DNA of 64,000 nucleotides, taken from assembly GCA_944391215.1 (NCBI GenBank), contig CALXSR010000052.1, positions 64,511-128,510 on the forward strand, in the 5' to 3' direction. The position numbers and the translations under genes were made by a program. Numbering within the stretch: position 1 is the first letter of the stretch; every line of letters begins with the position of its first letter. This DNA comes from an uncultured Clostridia bacterium. Lineage in GTDB: Bacteria > Bacillota > Dehalobacteriia > UBA4068 > CALXSR01. The notes below the pieces were generated by a model. It had not been told where the DNA came from. It saw nothing but the letters and a program-made list of their open reading frames with translations, and searched no databases. Shown here one piece after another: positions 1 to 10,228 of the stretch.

Positions 1-875
1 CGATCCCCGTCGATTTTTTATCCATTCGACCATTATAACCAGTATATCCTTTTTCAAAAACTCGCGGTATATCTTCTTCGCTAATGCCAATGCCGCTATC
101 TTCTATAACCAAAGTTTTTTGCTGATTAGGCATCATATAGATAGCAATGACCCCTTGGTTAGTATATTTTAAGGCATTAGAAAGCAATTGCTCTATGACA
201 AAAAGCAGCCATTTTTCATCCGTTAGCACAGTACAGTAAAAAGGCTCCAGCTGTAGTGAGATTCTTTTATAAATAAACTGATCGGCATATTTTTTTACCG
301 CTTGTTTTACGATATCCTCTAAACGATAATTTCTTAACAAAAGATCATGCGACATATCTTCTAATTTTAAATACTGTAATACCATTCCCGTATACTGTTC
401 AATTTTAAAAAGCTCTTGTTGCAACTCTTCTTTGTGCAAAGATTCTTCCATATCCTGCAACAATAAATGCATAGCGGCAATTGGTGTTTTAATTTGATGC
501 AACCACAAAGTATAATAGTCTAACATTTCACTATATTTTTGATCCGTAAATGAAATATAAGACGCCTTATCTTCCAATAAAATACGAATTAAATTTTGAT
601 ATTCCTTTTCGATTAAATCATGCGCTTCAGGCATTTCACTGCGAACTGCTGCAATATGACAGCTTAATAATTGCAACCGTTCCGCTTTTTGACGAAATTT
701 ATAATAATCATATCCAGCAAATAATAAAGCAAAAAAACAAATTAAAACAGCGGCATATTGCACCGCTTCCTTTGGTATATGATACAGTCTATAAACGATA
801 TAATAAATGATGAAAAAAGCCAAAAAGGCTATTATAATACGTAGTCGGCTTTGTAAATACTTTCTTATCAACTTC
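1..875 (-). CDS. Sensor histidine kinase, small intramembrane-sensing type. Partial: the 3' end runs off the window start.
   Basis: Reverse-strand translation from ATG at 873-875 gives MKLIRKYLQSRLRIIIAFLAFFIIYY... with two N-terminal TM segments. An H-box (KTPIAAMHLLL) and N/G-box-like segments (LSNALKYT, IEDSGIGISEEDIPRVFEKGYTG) follow. The ATG overlaps the upstream response-regulator stop codon. Confidence 0.7.
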
Positions 876-877
876 AT

Positions 878-1552
878 CTACTCACCCACTTGATAACCAA
901 ATCCTTTTTTGGTTAAAACAAAATCAATTAAACCAATTTCCTCCAATTTTTTGCGTAGTCGAGCAATATTCACCGTTAAAGTATTATCGTCAATAAAACT
1001 ATCGCTTTCCCAAAGACGCTTCATTATTTCACTGCGTGATACCGTTCGGCCCTCATTCTCTAATAAAATTTGCAGTATTTTAAACTCGTTTTTGGTTAAT
1101 TCCACTTTTTTTTCCTGATAACGCAATGTAGTGTCGCTTAAATTTAAAATGGCGCCTTTATGTTCTAATAATTTGGTTTGCCCTTGAAAAGAATAAGTCC
1201 GCCGCAAAAGCGCTTGTATTTTTGCAACCAATACATTAAAGTCAAAGGGTTTTGCTATAAAATCATCCGCTCCCATATTGACTGCCATGACAATATTTAT
1301 ATTGTCGCTAGCAGAGGAGAGAAAAATAATTGGTACTTTCGATATTTGCCTAATTTGCGCACACCAATGATAGCCATTAAAAAACGGCAAAGAGATATCC
1401 ATTAAAACCAGCTGAGGCTCAAAATCGGCAAATTTCTCTAATACTTTATTAAAATCTGTGACATAAGAAGCAATAAAGCCCCATTTTGCCAAATGTTTTT
1501 CTAATAAAGCCGCAATCGTAAAATCATCTTCAACAATTAAAATTTTATACAT
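878..1552 (-). CDS. OmpR-family response regulator with a receiver domain and a winged-helix DNA-binding domain.
   Basis: 224 aa: MYKILIVEDD...MDISLP receiver domain, then a C-terminal trans_reg_C-like segment (TLTVNIARLRKKLEE...GFGYQ). Confidence 0.85.
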   Translation of the reverse strand: MYKILIVEDDFTIAALLEKHLAKWGFIASYVTDFNKVLEKFADFEPQLVLMDISLPFFNGYHWCAQIRQISKVPIIFLSSASDNINIVMAVNMGADDFIAKPFDFNVLVAKIQALLRRTYSFQGQTKLLEHKGAILNLSDTTLRYQEKKVELTKNEFKILQILLENEGRTVSRSEIMKRLWESDSFIDDNTLTVNIARLRKKLEEIGLIDFVLTKKGFGYQVGE

Positions 1553-1561
1553 AAAAACACC

Positions 1562-2191
1562 CTATCTAGCTACTGGTAAGCGCAACACCGTTTTTAAGCG
1601 TTCTACCGCCGTCTTGCGCGGATCGCTTAAATAAATTTCATGATGCTTGCGCTGTTTTCCAGTCATATTTTTTAAATTATTTTGCTTCATAAAATCCTGC
1701 ATTTGTTCCAAAGAAGCGGATTCCTTTTCATAAGAACCAATATGCAGCATTTGCACACATAACCCCTCTGTAAAGGAACAAAAACGGGCCTTACTGGTAT
1801 CAATTTGCGGCTTCTTTCGACTGCATTCTGCCAAAGCCCACTGAAAGACCTCTTCTGTTACAAAATCTGGTTGGCGAATCATAGAAGTCCAACACCAACT
1901 GCTTTTAGGTTGCGTAAAATCCAATGCGCCATCAGCGCTCCACCATAGGCCCTCTAATGGCGGCACCACATATTCAACATAACCGGGAATTTGTTTATTG
2001 CCCATTTTGCTCATTTTAATGATAAAAGTTAATGCATATAAGGCTTGTAATGCATCTTGATAGGCCGATCCTTGCGGAGCGCCCTGCCCGTCTATCATAA
2101 TAAACTGCATGTGCGGTACGTCTATCAACATCGGTTTTTGTTTCGGTAAATAAAAATCCTTATACTCTTTTTTATAATCCAATTTATTCAT
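1562..2191 (-). CDS. GyrI-like small-molecule-binding domain protein.
   Basis: 209-aa ORF ending 9 nt upstream of the response-regulator start, so it is co-oriented and probably co-transcribed. The PLEGLWW and GLCVQMLHIGSYE segments are reminiscent of the GyrI-like / AraC effector-binding fold. Confidence 0.45.
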   Translation of the reverse strand: MNKLDYKKEYKDFYLPKQKPMLIDVPHMQFIMIDGQGAPQGSAYQDALQALYALTFIIKMSKMGNKQIPGYVEYVVPPLEGLWWSADGALDFTQPKSSWCWTSMIRQPDFVTEEVFQWALAECSRKKPQIDTSKARFCSFTEGLCVQMLHIGSYEKESASLEQMQDFMKQNNLKNMTGKQRKHHEIYLSDPRKTAVERLKTVLRLPVAR

Positions 2192-2306
2192 ATCATGTTG
2201 CCTCTTTCCTACTTGCCTTATGCTAACTTTATCTTACTATTGTATTTTCTCCATTTTAACCCATTTTACTATCCTTGTCGAAGTATTTTTCTCGTAAGCC
2301 AAACCC

Positions 2307-2335
2307 TTGCATTTTTATACCTTTTATGATATATT
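2307..2335 (+). promoter_or_regulatory. Putative sigma-A promoter for tRNA-Leu (TTGCAT, 17-nt spacer, TATATT).
   Basis: The hexamers and spacing are read directly from the sequence. The tRNA starts about 12 nt downstream. Confidence 0.3.
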
Positions 2336-2347
2336 TACTTTCGTTAA

Positions 2348-2434
2348 GCGGCAGTGGCGGAATTGGCAGACGCGCTAGATTCAGGTTCTAGTCCTATTGC
2401 TAGGGTATGGGTTCAAGTCCCTTCTGCCGCACCA
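2348..2434 (+). tRNA. tRNA-Leu, anticodon CAG, type II with a long variable arm.
   Basis: Acceptor stem GCGGCAG pairs with CTGCCGC. The D-arm carries GG. The anticodon loop is ttCAGgt. There is a long variable arm, a GTTCAAGTCC T-arm, and an encoded CCA. Confidence 0.85.
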
Positions 2435-2435
2435 A

Positions 2436-2472
2436 AAAGCCCACTTGATAAAAGTGGGCTTTTTCTTTTTTA
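2436..2472 (+). terminator. Rho-independent terminator immediately after tRNA-Leu.
   Basis: AGCCCACTT-gataa-AAGTGGGCT stem-loop followed by TTTTCTTTTTT. Confidence 0.8.
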
Positions 2473-2497
2473 TCAGGATTCAATTGATAAAAAAGCT

Positions 2498-3543
2498 CTA
2501 CCAAACATGCCCTTCTAATTGTGGCAAGTCGGCCATAAACGTTTCCTTTTTCTTTCGCCAAATAGGAAGCCTTGATTGATACCACCTGTCCGCCAGGTGC
2601 ATCCCTAAAACAATAGCAATCCCATCGAAAAGGCAAAAAATACGATTTTTTATTGCTACAGAAGCATCAAATAATACCAAAGAAGCATTCAAGGCATTGA
2701 TGGCATTGGCTATCTGTTGGTATTTATACTGTTTAGCAAAAGAAAACATGGTGATAAAACCAATAAACAAGATCAAATAAATGGTATCATCATCAGGAAT
2801 TAACCAACAACAGAAAACAAGAAAGCATATGCTACCAATCACAGTACCCGCAAAACGATATTTCATATATTGTATCGTATGCTGGAATTCCGGTTTGGTT
2901 AGCGACATAACTACAATACTAATCCAAAGCGGTTTTGTAAGATGGAATGCCTGACCGATAAACATAGCGCAAGAAATACCCGCCCCCCATACGCAAAATA
3001 AAACTACGGTTTTTGTGCACAAAGCTTTATTTGCTTCGGTAATGAAATCATTTTCCTTGCTCCATAACCACGTTTTTGCCAGGCGTACAACGTAACTACC
3101 ACAACAAAGATAGCCCCTATCGCTAACCCCAATAGGCGCAATACTAAATCCTGTCCATATACCGGGATAACCTGACAAAAAATATAGCACAATAAAAACG
3201 GCATCTGCAACCCCAATTCCTTGGGTTCGCAAGTGAAAAGTAAAATGATAGCAACCATAACAAAATTCAGCATACAACCTAACCAAAGATTGGATAAAGA
3301 AAAGGCTGCAATCAATCCGCAACTAAAATAAAGGGCAAAAATAAACGAAGCAAATTGCTTCGGCTTCATTATAATATTGCAACTTGGGAACATTTGCATT
3401 CCCACTTGAATGGCAATACCTGGCAACATATTTTTTGTTCCAAACAGTAAAGCAAAAATACTGATAAAAGCTAAAATACTAATAAAATGAACCGCATTTT
3501 TTATTACGGTTCTACAAATATTTATGAAAGTCTCTTTGGTCAT
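2498..3543 (-). pseudogene. ArAE/FUSC-like aromatic-acid exporter family membrane protein, interrupted by a frameshift. An N-terminal ORF and a C-terminal ORF overlap in different frames.
   Basis: ORF 3004..3600 (N-terminal TM region; start MTKETF at 3543 with RBS GAAGGAAGGGAA) and ORF 2498..3322 (TM helices plus a cytoplasmic tail) overlap by about 320 bp in different frames. Adding one A to the A5 run (plus-strand T run at 3011-3015) joins ...KLCAQK to TVVLFCVWGAG..., giving one roughly 348-aa protein. Confidence 0.55.
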
Positions 3544-3677
3544 GAATTCTAATTCCCTTCCTTCTTTTTTATTATAGCAAGAAAGAAAAGAGTTATACAA
3601 TAACGTCGCTTTGTGAAGAATTCATGAAAAATAAAAGGAGGCAAAGAAACCCCTTTTACCTCCTGATTATTACTCAA

Positions 3678-4325
3678 TTATGAATTTATATCCGGGTTTT
3701 GCTCCGTCTCTTCCGCTTGGCCGCCATCCGGTTGCCCATCACTTTCCGTTTTTTCTTCCTCATTAGGGCGCAAAACTTGATAAATTTCATCTTCTGTTTT
3801 GGTCACCTTAAAGCTACGAAACATCGTTTGCCAATCTTTATCCCAATCGCCATACCCCTTGCTAGGTACAGTCAAAAGCAAATAATAATGGACGCCGCTA
3901 ATTGGCTCCAAAATAACCAAGTCTAATGTAACATCATCTCCAGCAGCATTCTTACCACTATAAACAATACGAATATCATAAGTGCCTTTGGCAATGCGCT
4001 GCGTATTTACTTCCTTCTTTTCGGTAAAATCGGCTGTTAAACGATTCATCATTTCTTCAGCCAATTCTTGTGGGGTATAATAATTGTATCCCCCAACCTC
4101 CATCATGATATTTAAACTAGCCGGTGGATTTTCTGACACAAATAAAACCTGGTTTTTTTCTTCCAGTTGATTCTGATTCACAAACGTATCCGGTACCTCT
4201 AGGGTATAGCCACTTTGCTCATTCTGATAGGTTATAAAATTGGCATCTTTTTTACCGCAACCACTTAAAATCCCGCCAATACATAATGCCATAATAAGAA
4301 CGGATAAAAGATATTGCTTTCTCAT
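3678..4325 (-). CDS. Lipoprotein of unknown function.
   Basis: Signal peptide with lipobox LSGC (MRKQYLLSVLIMALCIGGILSGCGKK). I recognised no other domain. Confidence 0.6.
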   Translation of the reverse strand: MRKQYLLSVLIMALCIGGILSGCGKKDANFITYQNEQSGYTLEVPDTFVNQNQLEEKNQVLFVSENPPASLNIMMEVGGYNYYTPQELAEEMMNRLTADFTEKKEVNTQRIAKGTYDIRIVYSGKNAAGDDVTLDLVILEPISGVHYYLLLTVPSKGYGDWDKDWQTMFRSFKVTKTEDEIYQVLRPNEEEKTESDGQPDGGQAEETEQNPDINS

Positions 4326-4329
4326 TCCT

Positions 4330-4824
4330 TTAACTCCTAACTTGATTTAATGTTAATGTATCTAAGGCTAATTGTAAAACCGTTTGCACGGACTGTAAAC
4401 GAATTTCCTCGCGATTTCCTTCGAAGTGACATTCCTTGCCAATCACATTCCCGCAATAAAAACAAGAAATATAAACTAAACCGACTGGTTTTTGCTTGCT
4501 TCCTCCGCCCGGACCAGCAATACCCGTAGTTGCCAAAGCCATATCTGTTTGCCTTATTGCAGCAACACCTTCTGCCATTTTTAAAGCAGTTTGTTCACTA
4601 ACCGCACCATAAGCATTTAAAATCGTTTCTGGCACTTGTAAAAAAGTCTTTTTCGCTTCATTGCTGTAAGTAACCACTCCATAATCAAAACAGGCGGAAC
4701 TGCCTGGAATAGAGGTTAGCGCTGCCGCCACTAAGCCTCCAGTACAAGACTCCGCCACAGAAATACGTTTTTTATTTGCAATTAGTTCTTCAATTATACT
4801 TTTAGCTAAACGATTTATTTGCAT
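4330..4824 (-). CDS. pncC: Nicotinamide-nucleotide amidohydrolase PncC: a standalone CinA C-terminal domain.
   Basis: 164 aa with the SVAESCTGGL motif typical of the CinA C-terminal domain. It lies 10 nt downstream of pgsA. No N-terminal MoCF domain is present. Confidence 0.8.
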   Translation of the reverse strand: MQINRLAKSIIEELIANKKRISVAESCTGGLVAAALTSIPGSSACFDYGVVTYSNEAKKTFLQVPETILNAYGAVSEQTALKMAEGVAAIRQTDMALATTGIAGPGGGSKQKPVGLVYISCFYCGNVIGKECHFEGNREEIRLQSVQTVLQLALDTLTLNQVRS

Positions 4825-4833
4825 ATTTGCCTC

Positions 4834-5406
4834 TTATTTTTTAAATAATAAATGCTGACATTTTAAATAATAATCGACCCCAGAATAAACGGTAAAAAAT
4901 ACTGCTAACCATAAAGTAATCTGACCTATCCAATAAATCAAAGTATTGATAATGGTATTACCAAATATGGACAAAATAACCGGGGAATCGTATAAAATCA
5001 AACCGGAAATCGCAACAATTTGTACAATTGTTTTTATTTTACCTAGTTTAGAGGCAGATATCACTTCACCTTCTGCCGCAGCAATCGTACGCAAACCGGT
5101 AACAGCAAACTCTCTGCTAATAATGATGATAACAAACCAAGCGCTAATTTTATCTAATTGCAAAAGGGCGATCAAAGCAGTTGATACCAAAAGTTTATCT
5201 GCCAAAGGATCCAAAAATTTTCCTAAAGTAGTAACCTGCTTTCTAGAACGAGCAATGTATCCGTCCAACCCATCAGTACTAGCCGCAACAATAAAAATAA
5301 TCGCCGCTAATAAACTACCATATTCAGGTATTTCTGTTAACAAAACAATCAAAAAAACAGGAACCAGAAAGATACGAGCTAAGGTAATTTTATTGGCTAA
5401 ATTCAC
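4834..5406 (-). CDS. pgsA: CDP-diacylglycerol--glycerol-3-phosphate 3-phosphatidyltransferase.
   Basis: 190 aa, multi-TM, with the CDP-alcohol phosphatidyltransferase motif DGLDGYIAR...G..LDP.ADK. Confidence 0.85.
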   Translation of the reverse strand: MNLANKITLARIFLVPVFLIVLLTEIPEYGSLLAAIIFIVAASTDGLDGYIARSRKQVTTLGKFLDPLADKLLVSTALIALLQLDKISAWFVIIIISREFAVTGLRTIAAAEGEVISASKLGKIKTIVQIVAISGLILYDSPVILSIFGNTIINTLIYWIGQITLWLAVFFTVYSGVDYYLKCQHLLFKK

Positions 5407-6737
5407 TAGCGAATCAACCTACCTTTCAAATCGTAAATATCGCTATCGGTAATTTCTACTTCTACCACATCGCCAACATTAAGCTGCTCAGCCGCTACAT
5501 AAATTACCCCGTCTACTTCCGGCGCTTGATAACAACAACGGCCCACATAATAAGGACTTCCTGCAACCGGTAATTCCTCAATCAAAACCGTAAAAATTTT
5601 ACCAATACGGGCAGCCCTTTTCTGTGCCGAAATACCCGCTAATAATTGCATTGCCTTATCCTGTCGGCTTTGCTTAATCCAATCCGGAATTTGTCCTTTC
5701 ATTGTTTCCGCCTTGGTTCCATCTTCTGGGCAAAAAGAGAAAACTCCCACCCAATCAAACTGCGCCTTTTCTATAAAGGACAATAAGTTTTTAAAATCTG
5801 CAGCTGTTTCCCCAGGAAAACCAACCATCAAAGTAGTTCGAATTGCGATATTAGGAATATATGCCCGACATTTTGCTAATAGGTCTAAAAGTTGCGCACT
5901 ATCCCCTTGCCGATTCATAGCCTGTAAAACACTTTTCTCACTGTGCTGCAAAGGAATATCCAAATAAGGACAAATTTTTTCTTCTTCTGTCATTACTTGT
6001 AATAATTCGTCCGTAATACGATCCGGATAAGTATATAAAATACGAATCCACAAAAAAGGCAAGCGACAAAGTTTTTTTAATAAAGTAGGCAAATAGTAGC
6101 TGCCATATAAATCTTTTCCATAATTCGTCGTATCCTGCGCCACTAGAATAAGTTCTTTTACGCCTCTCTGCGCTAGTATTTTAGCCTCTTCTATAATATC
6201 TTCCATTGGTCGACTGCTATATTTACCCCGAATAGCAGGAATTGCACAATACGCACAACAATTATTACAACCATCAGCAATGCGTAAATAAGCAAAATGA
6301 CCAGGACTCAATAATTTACGCCGACAATATATGGTATTATCCATTTTAGGCACACAACTACGTAACTTAGCAAAACCATTTATTTGACAAAGCAATGGGG
6401 CCAACTCCCCTACTTTATAGAATCCATCCACCTCAGGGATTTCATGCATTAACTCTTCGGCATATCTTTGTACTAAACACCCCATCGCAATCAATAACTG
6501 ACATTGGCCAAACTCTTTTTCTTTATACTGTGCCATCGTTAAAATGGTTTCAATAGCCTATTCTTTGGCAGACTGAATGAAACCGCAGGTATTCACGATG
6601 ATAATATCAGCGTCCTGCGGTTCTTCTACTATGACATATCCTTCTTGTTGTAATAAACCCAAAAGGATTTCACTATCCACCTGATTTTTGGAACATCCCA
6701 AACTAGCCAAATAAACAGTATTTTGCAATTTAATCAT
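5406..6737 (-). CDS. rimO: Ribosomal protein S12 methylthiotransferase RimO (MiaB-family radical SAM plus TRAM domain). It carries an in-frame TAG at 6558-6560, which is codon 60.
   Basis: The reverse translation from ATG at 6735-6737 reads [73 protein letters not shown]... The MTTase N-domain continues in the same frame into the 376-aa ORF 5406..6536, which holds the radical-SAM CxxxCxxC motif and a C-terminal TRAM domain. Total length is about 443 codons, matching RimO. Confidence 0.75.
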
Positions 6738-7548
6738 TATCCTCCGTATTCAGTGCATAGGTACGTGTTAAAACCTGCCCATCCGTTCCCAAGGGTTTTT
6801 CTATCTCACCATTACAATCGACAGCAACTGCGCCAGCATTCCCGTATTTAATCACAATAGGCTCCCTACTTTCAAAAGTACGGCTTTCCCCATTCCCCAA
6901 AGTATAGTCCACATAGCCGCCATCTATCTGCACACCAATCCAACAAGAGCCGGCATATGCTGTTACCGTTACTTTTACAGTAGTAGGCGGCGGTGGCTCT
7001 TCCACAACAGGCGGCGGCTCCGGTTTCGGTTCTAAATCGCGATATAAAGCATAATAATAGTCGCCAATCCCCATACCGCTATAAGGTTCTGTTACGACAG
7101 GATTCGGATCTATTAATCCTTCCCCGGGTTCTCCTGTTCCCCGATGGGTAAACCAATAAATCCCGGCGATTAATAATATAATCACCAAAACACCCAATAA
7201 AAGGAAAGCAATCAAATTATTCCGCTGTGTTCTTTTTCTTGATTTATAGACAATTGTCTGGTCAACTGGCACCGTTACTTGCTCTTGTTCTGGGACATGT
7301 TCTTTAAAATAAGCAATCACATTATCCGCATGCAAATCTACCACCTGGGCATAAGTACGTAAAAATCCAATGGTATACACCCGACCAGGCAAACTGTCCA
7401 AATCGCCATCTTCCAAGGCTTTTAAATATTTCACCCGAATCTTAGTGAGCTCTTCCACTTGTTCCAAACTCAGGCCTTTTTCCATACGAGCTTGTCTTAA
7501 CCAATCACCCAATTGTTTCAAGCCATATACCTCCGCAAGTAAATGCAA
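6730..7548 (-). CDS. rodZ: Cytoskeleton protein RodZ (XRE-type HTH, single TM segment, C-terminal DUF4115).
   Basis: N-terminal HTH ([37 protein letters not shown]), one TM segment, a Pro/Glu-rich linker, and a C-terminal [12 protein letters not shown]...[11 protein letters not shown]4115-like domain. Its stop codon overlaps the rimO start (ATGATTAA). Confidence 0.7.
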   Translation of the reverse strand: MHLLAEVYGLKQLGDWLRQARMEKGLSLEQVEELTKIRVKYLKALEDGDLDSLPGRVYTIGFLRTYAQVVDLHADNVIAYFKEHVPEQEQVTVPVDQTIVYKSRKRTQRNNLIAFLLLGVLVIILLIAGIYWFTHRGTGEPGEGLIDPNPVVTEPYSGMGIGDYYYALYRDLEPKPEPPPVVEEPPPPTTVKVTVTAYAGSCWIGVQIDGGYVDYTLGNGESRTFESREPIVIKYGNAGAVAVDCNGEIEKPLGTDGQVLTRTYALNTEDND

Positions 7549-7623
7549 AACAATTTACTTCATACTCAAAAACAATGGTCACAAAATATCTTTTATTATA
7601 GCATATTTATTCTAAATTCACCA

Positions 7624-10143
7624 TTATGCGCTAAAGGTTTCTTCAAATTCTTGCAAAGTCATTAAAATAGTGCGTGGCTTTGCCCCATCTGGACCGCCAA
7701 CAACACCTGCTTCCTGTAACATATCCATCAAACGGCCCGCTCTTGGATTACCAATACTCAACCTTCTTTGTAAAAAGCTGGTAGAAGCCTGTCCCGTATT
7801 AATAATCAGCCGTCCGGCCTCTAAAAACAAAGCGTCTTTATCAACAGGGCTTACTTTCTTTTCAACGGGACTTTCTGCCACTACAGTATCCATATAAACA
7901 GGGCTGGCTTGTTTACAACAATAAGCCACCAACTTTTGCGTATCTTGTTCTGAAATAAAAGCCCCTTGTACGCGCAGCGGTTTTGGTAACCCCACTGGAT
8001 GATATAACATATCCCCTTTACCAAGCAACTTTTCCGCGCCGCCCATATCTAAAATAGTCCGGCTATCTGTATTGGAAGTAACAGCAAAGGCTATCCGAGA
8101 AGGAATATTCGCTTTAATTAAGCCCGTAATAACGTCCACCGATGGCCTTTGAGTAGCCACCACCAAATGGATTCCGGCCGCTCTTGCCATTTGCGCCAAA
8201 CGACAAATAGATTCTTCCACCTCATTATGAGCTACCATCATCAAATCGGCTAATTCATCAATAATTACTACAATTTGATGTAAAGGATCATCTTCGTGCG
8301 CTTTATTATACCCTTGAAAATCCTTCACACCCGTTCCAGCAAACAAGGAATACCGTTTTTCCATTTCGCCAACAATCCATTTTAAAGCACCCGCCGCTTT
8401 TTTAGGATCAGTAACAACAGGGGAAATTAAATGCGGTAAACCAATGTAGCTGGTCATTTCTACTTTTTTTGGATCTATCAATAAAAATTTTACTTGTTTT
8501 GGCGTCGCTTTGTATAAAATACTGGCAATAATAGTATTGATGCACACACTTTTCCCGGCCCCGGTAGCCCCGGCAATCAATAAATGGGGCATTTTCGCCA
8601 AATCGCCCACAATGGCTTCTCCAGTAATATCTTTTCCTAAAGCCAAACTTAATTTTGAATTATTTTCTTTAAAAATGGCGCTTTCCAGTACATCGCGAAA
8701 ATAAACAGTAGATACTTCATCCTTCGGCACTTCAATGCCCACAACCGATTTGCCAGGCACAGGCGCTTCAATACGTACTTGGGAAGCAGCTAAAGAAAGA
8801 GCAATATCGTCCGCTAAATTCACAATTTTGCTTACTTTCACCCCGGGAGAAGGTTGCAATTCATAACGCGTAATAGCAGGCCCTGAAACAACTTGTGTAA
8901 CCTTCACCTCAACCCCAAAACTGCTTAAAGTGCTTTCTAATTTTTCAATATTCTCCGTAATCGCAGTATTCATGCGCGGATTTCTTACTTTAATGCCCGC
9001 GGTCAGTAAATTGGTAGATGGCAACACATAGGGTCTCTCAGGTTTCTGCATACTATGCTCTTCATTCCCTAGTTTGTTAGTAGAATTCGTCTTAGGCAAT
9101 TCGCACGGGATATCGCAATCAATATCCGCACCACGAATTTCTTTCCTAACTTTTAACCCATCCTCTTCTCTATCCAGTTGCCGAATAATTGGCCTTTCTC
9201 TTTTTTCCTCCTGCATTGCTTCTTCTTGTTTTTTAGAAACCTGCATCAAAAAGTCGCGAGAAAATGGGTTTTTTTTCATCGTCGTTGCTTTTCCCACATC
9301 TTGCGCTTCTGCACCATTGGCTGCCGGACTTCCTTTACTTTCCGTAATTACAGGAGCTATTTCAGCTGTTGTCTGCATAACCTCTTCCGCCTCATGATCA
9401 ATAATCAAGGGAGGAGGAGAAGCAAATTTACGCTCCATTACAGGCGGCGGGCCATCCACTGCTCTTTTTCTTTCCCGTTCCAATTCCCGCAATTCTCGGC
9501 GCTCTTCTTTTTCTTTTTCAGCAATTCTCCGACTTCTATCTTTTCGCCAGCCCTGCCATTTATTATAAAGTTTAGCAAATATATCAACCCAAGAAATATC
9601 CAATAACAACATAATACCGATTAGTAAAATAGCGGTTAAAATAATAATAGAACCTGTTTGCCCAAAAATAAACCGGGTGAAAAAAGAAAAAATAGCGCCT
9701 ATTACTCCACCGCCGGCTCCCTGCAACCCATTGGTTAGATAATAAGTGAGAAACATTAATTCTTCTTTTAAATGGAAAAAAGATAAAATAGAGGCAAAAA
9801 TGAAAAACACGCCCAAAAAACGTTGCCCACGCCAGGACTGTTTTTTGCCCATAAAAACGGAACCACCCCAAACAATACAAAAAAATGGGAGCAAAAGTTT
9901 CCCTTTTCCGGCCAGGCCGGTCGCAATATTTACTAAAAAACGACCCGCTTTACCGGATTCTGTAGCATCTCCCGCTAAAAGCAAGCTAATAAGCAATAAT
10001 AATCCCAAACAAATTAAAAGAATTCCATATATTTCATCCTGGCGTTTCTTTTTTGCGCTTTTTACTTTTGCTGTACTTGTACTCTTTTTGGTTTTTGATT
10101 TTGTCTGAGCCAAGAAATCCACCTCCATTTTAACATAATTCAT
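7624..10143 (-). CDS. ftsK: DNA translocase FtsK/SpoIIIE.
   Basis: 839 aa. The N-terminal part has four TM segments, then a long charged linker, then a motor domain with Walker A GATGAGKS and a C-terminal gamma winged-helix domain (SFLQRRLSIGNPRAGRLMDMLQ). Confidence 0.9.
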   Translation of the reverse strand: MNYVKMEVDFLAQTKSKTKKSTSTAKVKSAKKKRQDEIYGILLICLGLLLLISLLLAGDATESGKAGRFLVNIATGLAGKGKLLLPFFCIVWGGSVFMGKKQSWRGQRFLGVFFIFASILSFFHLKEELMFLTYYLTNGLQGAGGGVIGAIFSFFTRFIFGQTGSIIILTAILLIGIMLLLDISWVDIFAKLYNKWQGWRKDRSRRIAEKEKEERRELRELERERKRAVDGPPPVMERKFASPPPLIIDHEAEEVMQTTAEIAPVITESKGSPAANGAEAQDVGKATTMKKNPFSRDFLMQVSKKQEEAMQEEKRERPIIRQLDREEDGLKVRKEIRGADIDCDIPCELPKTNSTNKLGNEEHSMQKPERPYVLPSTNLLTAGIKVRNPRMNTAITENIEKLESTLSSFGVEVKVTQVVSGPAITRYELQPSPGVKVSKIVNLADDIALSLAASQVRIEAPVPGKSVVGIEVPKDEVSTVYFRDVLESAIFKENNSKLSLALGKDITGEAIVGDLAKMPHLLIAGATGAGKSVCINTIIASILYKATPKQVKFLLIDPKKVEMTSYIGLPHLISPVVTDPKKAAGALKWIVGEMEKRYSLFAGTGVKDFQGYNKAHEDDPLHQIVVIIDELADLMMVAHNEVEESICRLAQMARAAGIHLVVATQRPSVDVITGLIKANIPSRIAFAVTSNTDSRTILDMGGAEKLLGKGDMLYHPVGLPKPLRVQGAFISEQDTQKLVAYCCKQASPVYMDTVVAESPVEKKVSPVDKDALFLEAGRLIINTGQASTSFLQRRLSIGNPRAGRLMDMLQEAGVVGGPDGAKPRTILMTLQEFEETFSA

Positions 10144-10170
10144 TTCTCCATTTAGGAAATAAAATCCTTC

Positions 10171-10199
10171 AAAAAAGAAGCATAACCTAGTTATGCTTC
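10171..10199 (-). terminator. Rho-independent terminator downstream of the Na/Pi cotransporter gene.
   Basis: GAAGCATAA-cctag-TTATGCTTC stem. On the minus strand it is followed by TTTTTT (plus-strand A run at 10171-10176). Confidence 0.6.
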
Positions 10200-10228
10200 T
10201 TAGCCTATTTTAATTTACAAATTTTTTA

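Noticed and set aside
550-810. 86-aa plus-strand ORF at the window start
   Set aside because: It is antisense to the histidine-kinase coding frame, which has clear H-, N- and G-box motifs on the minus strand.
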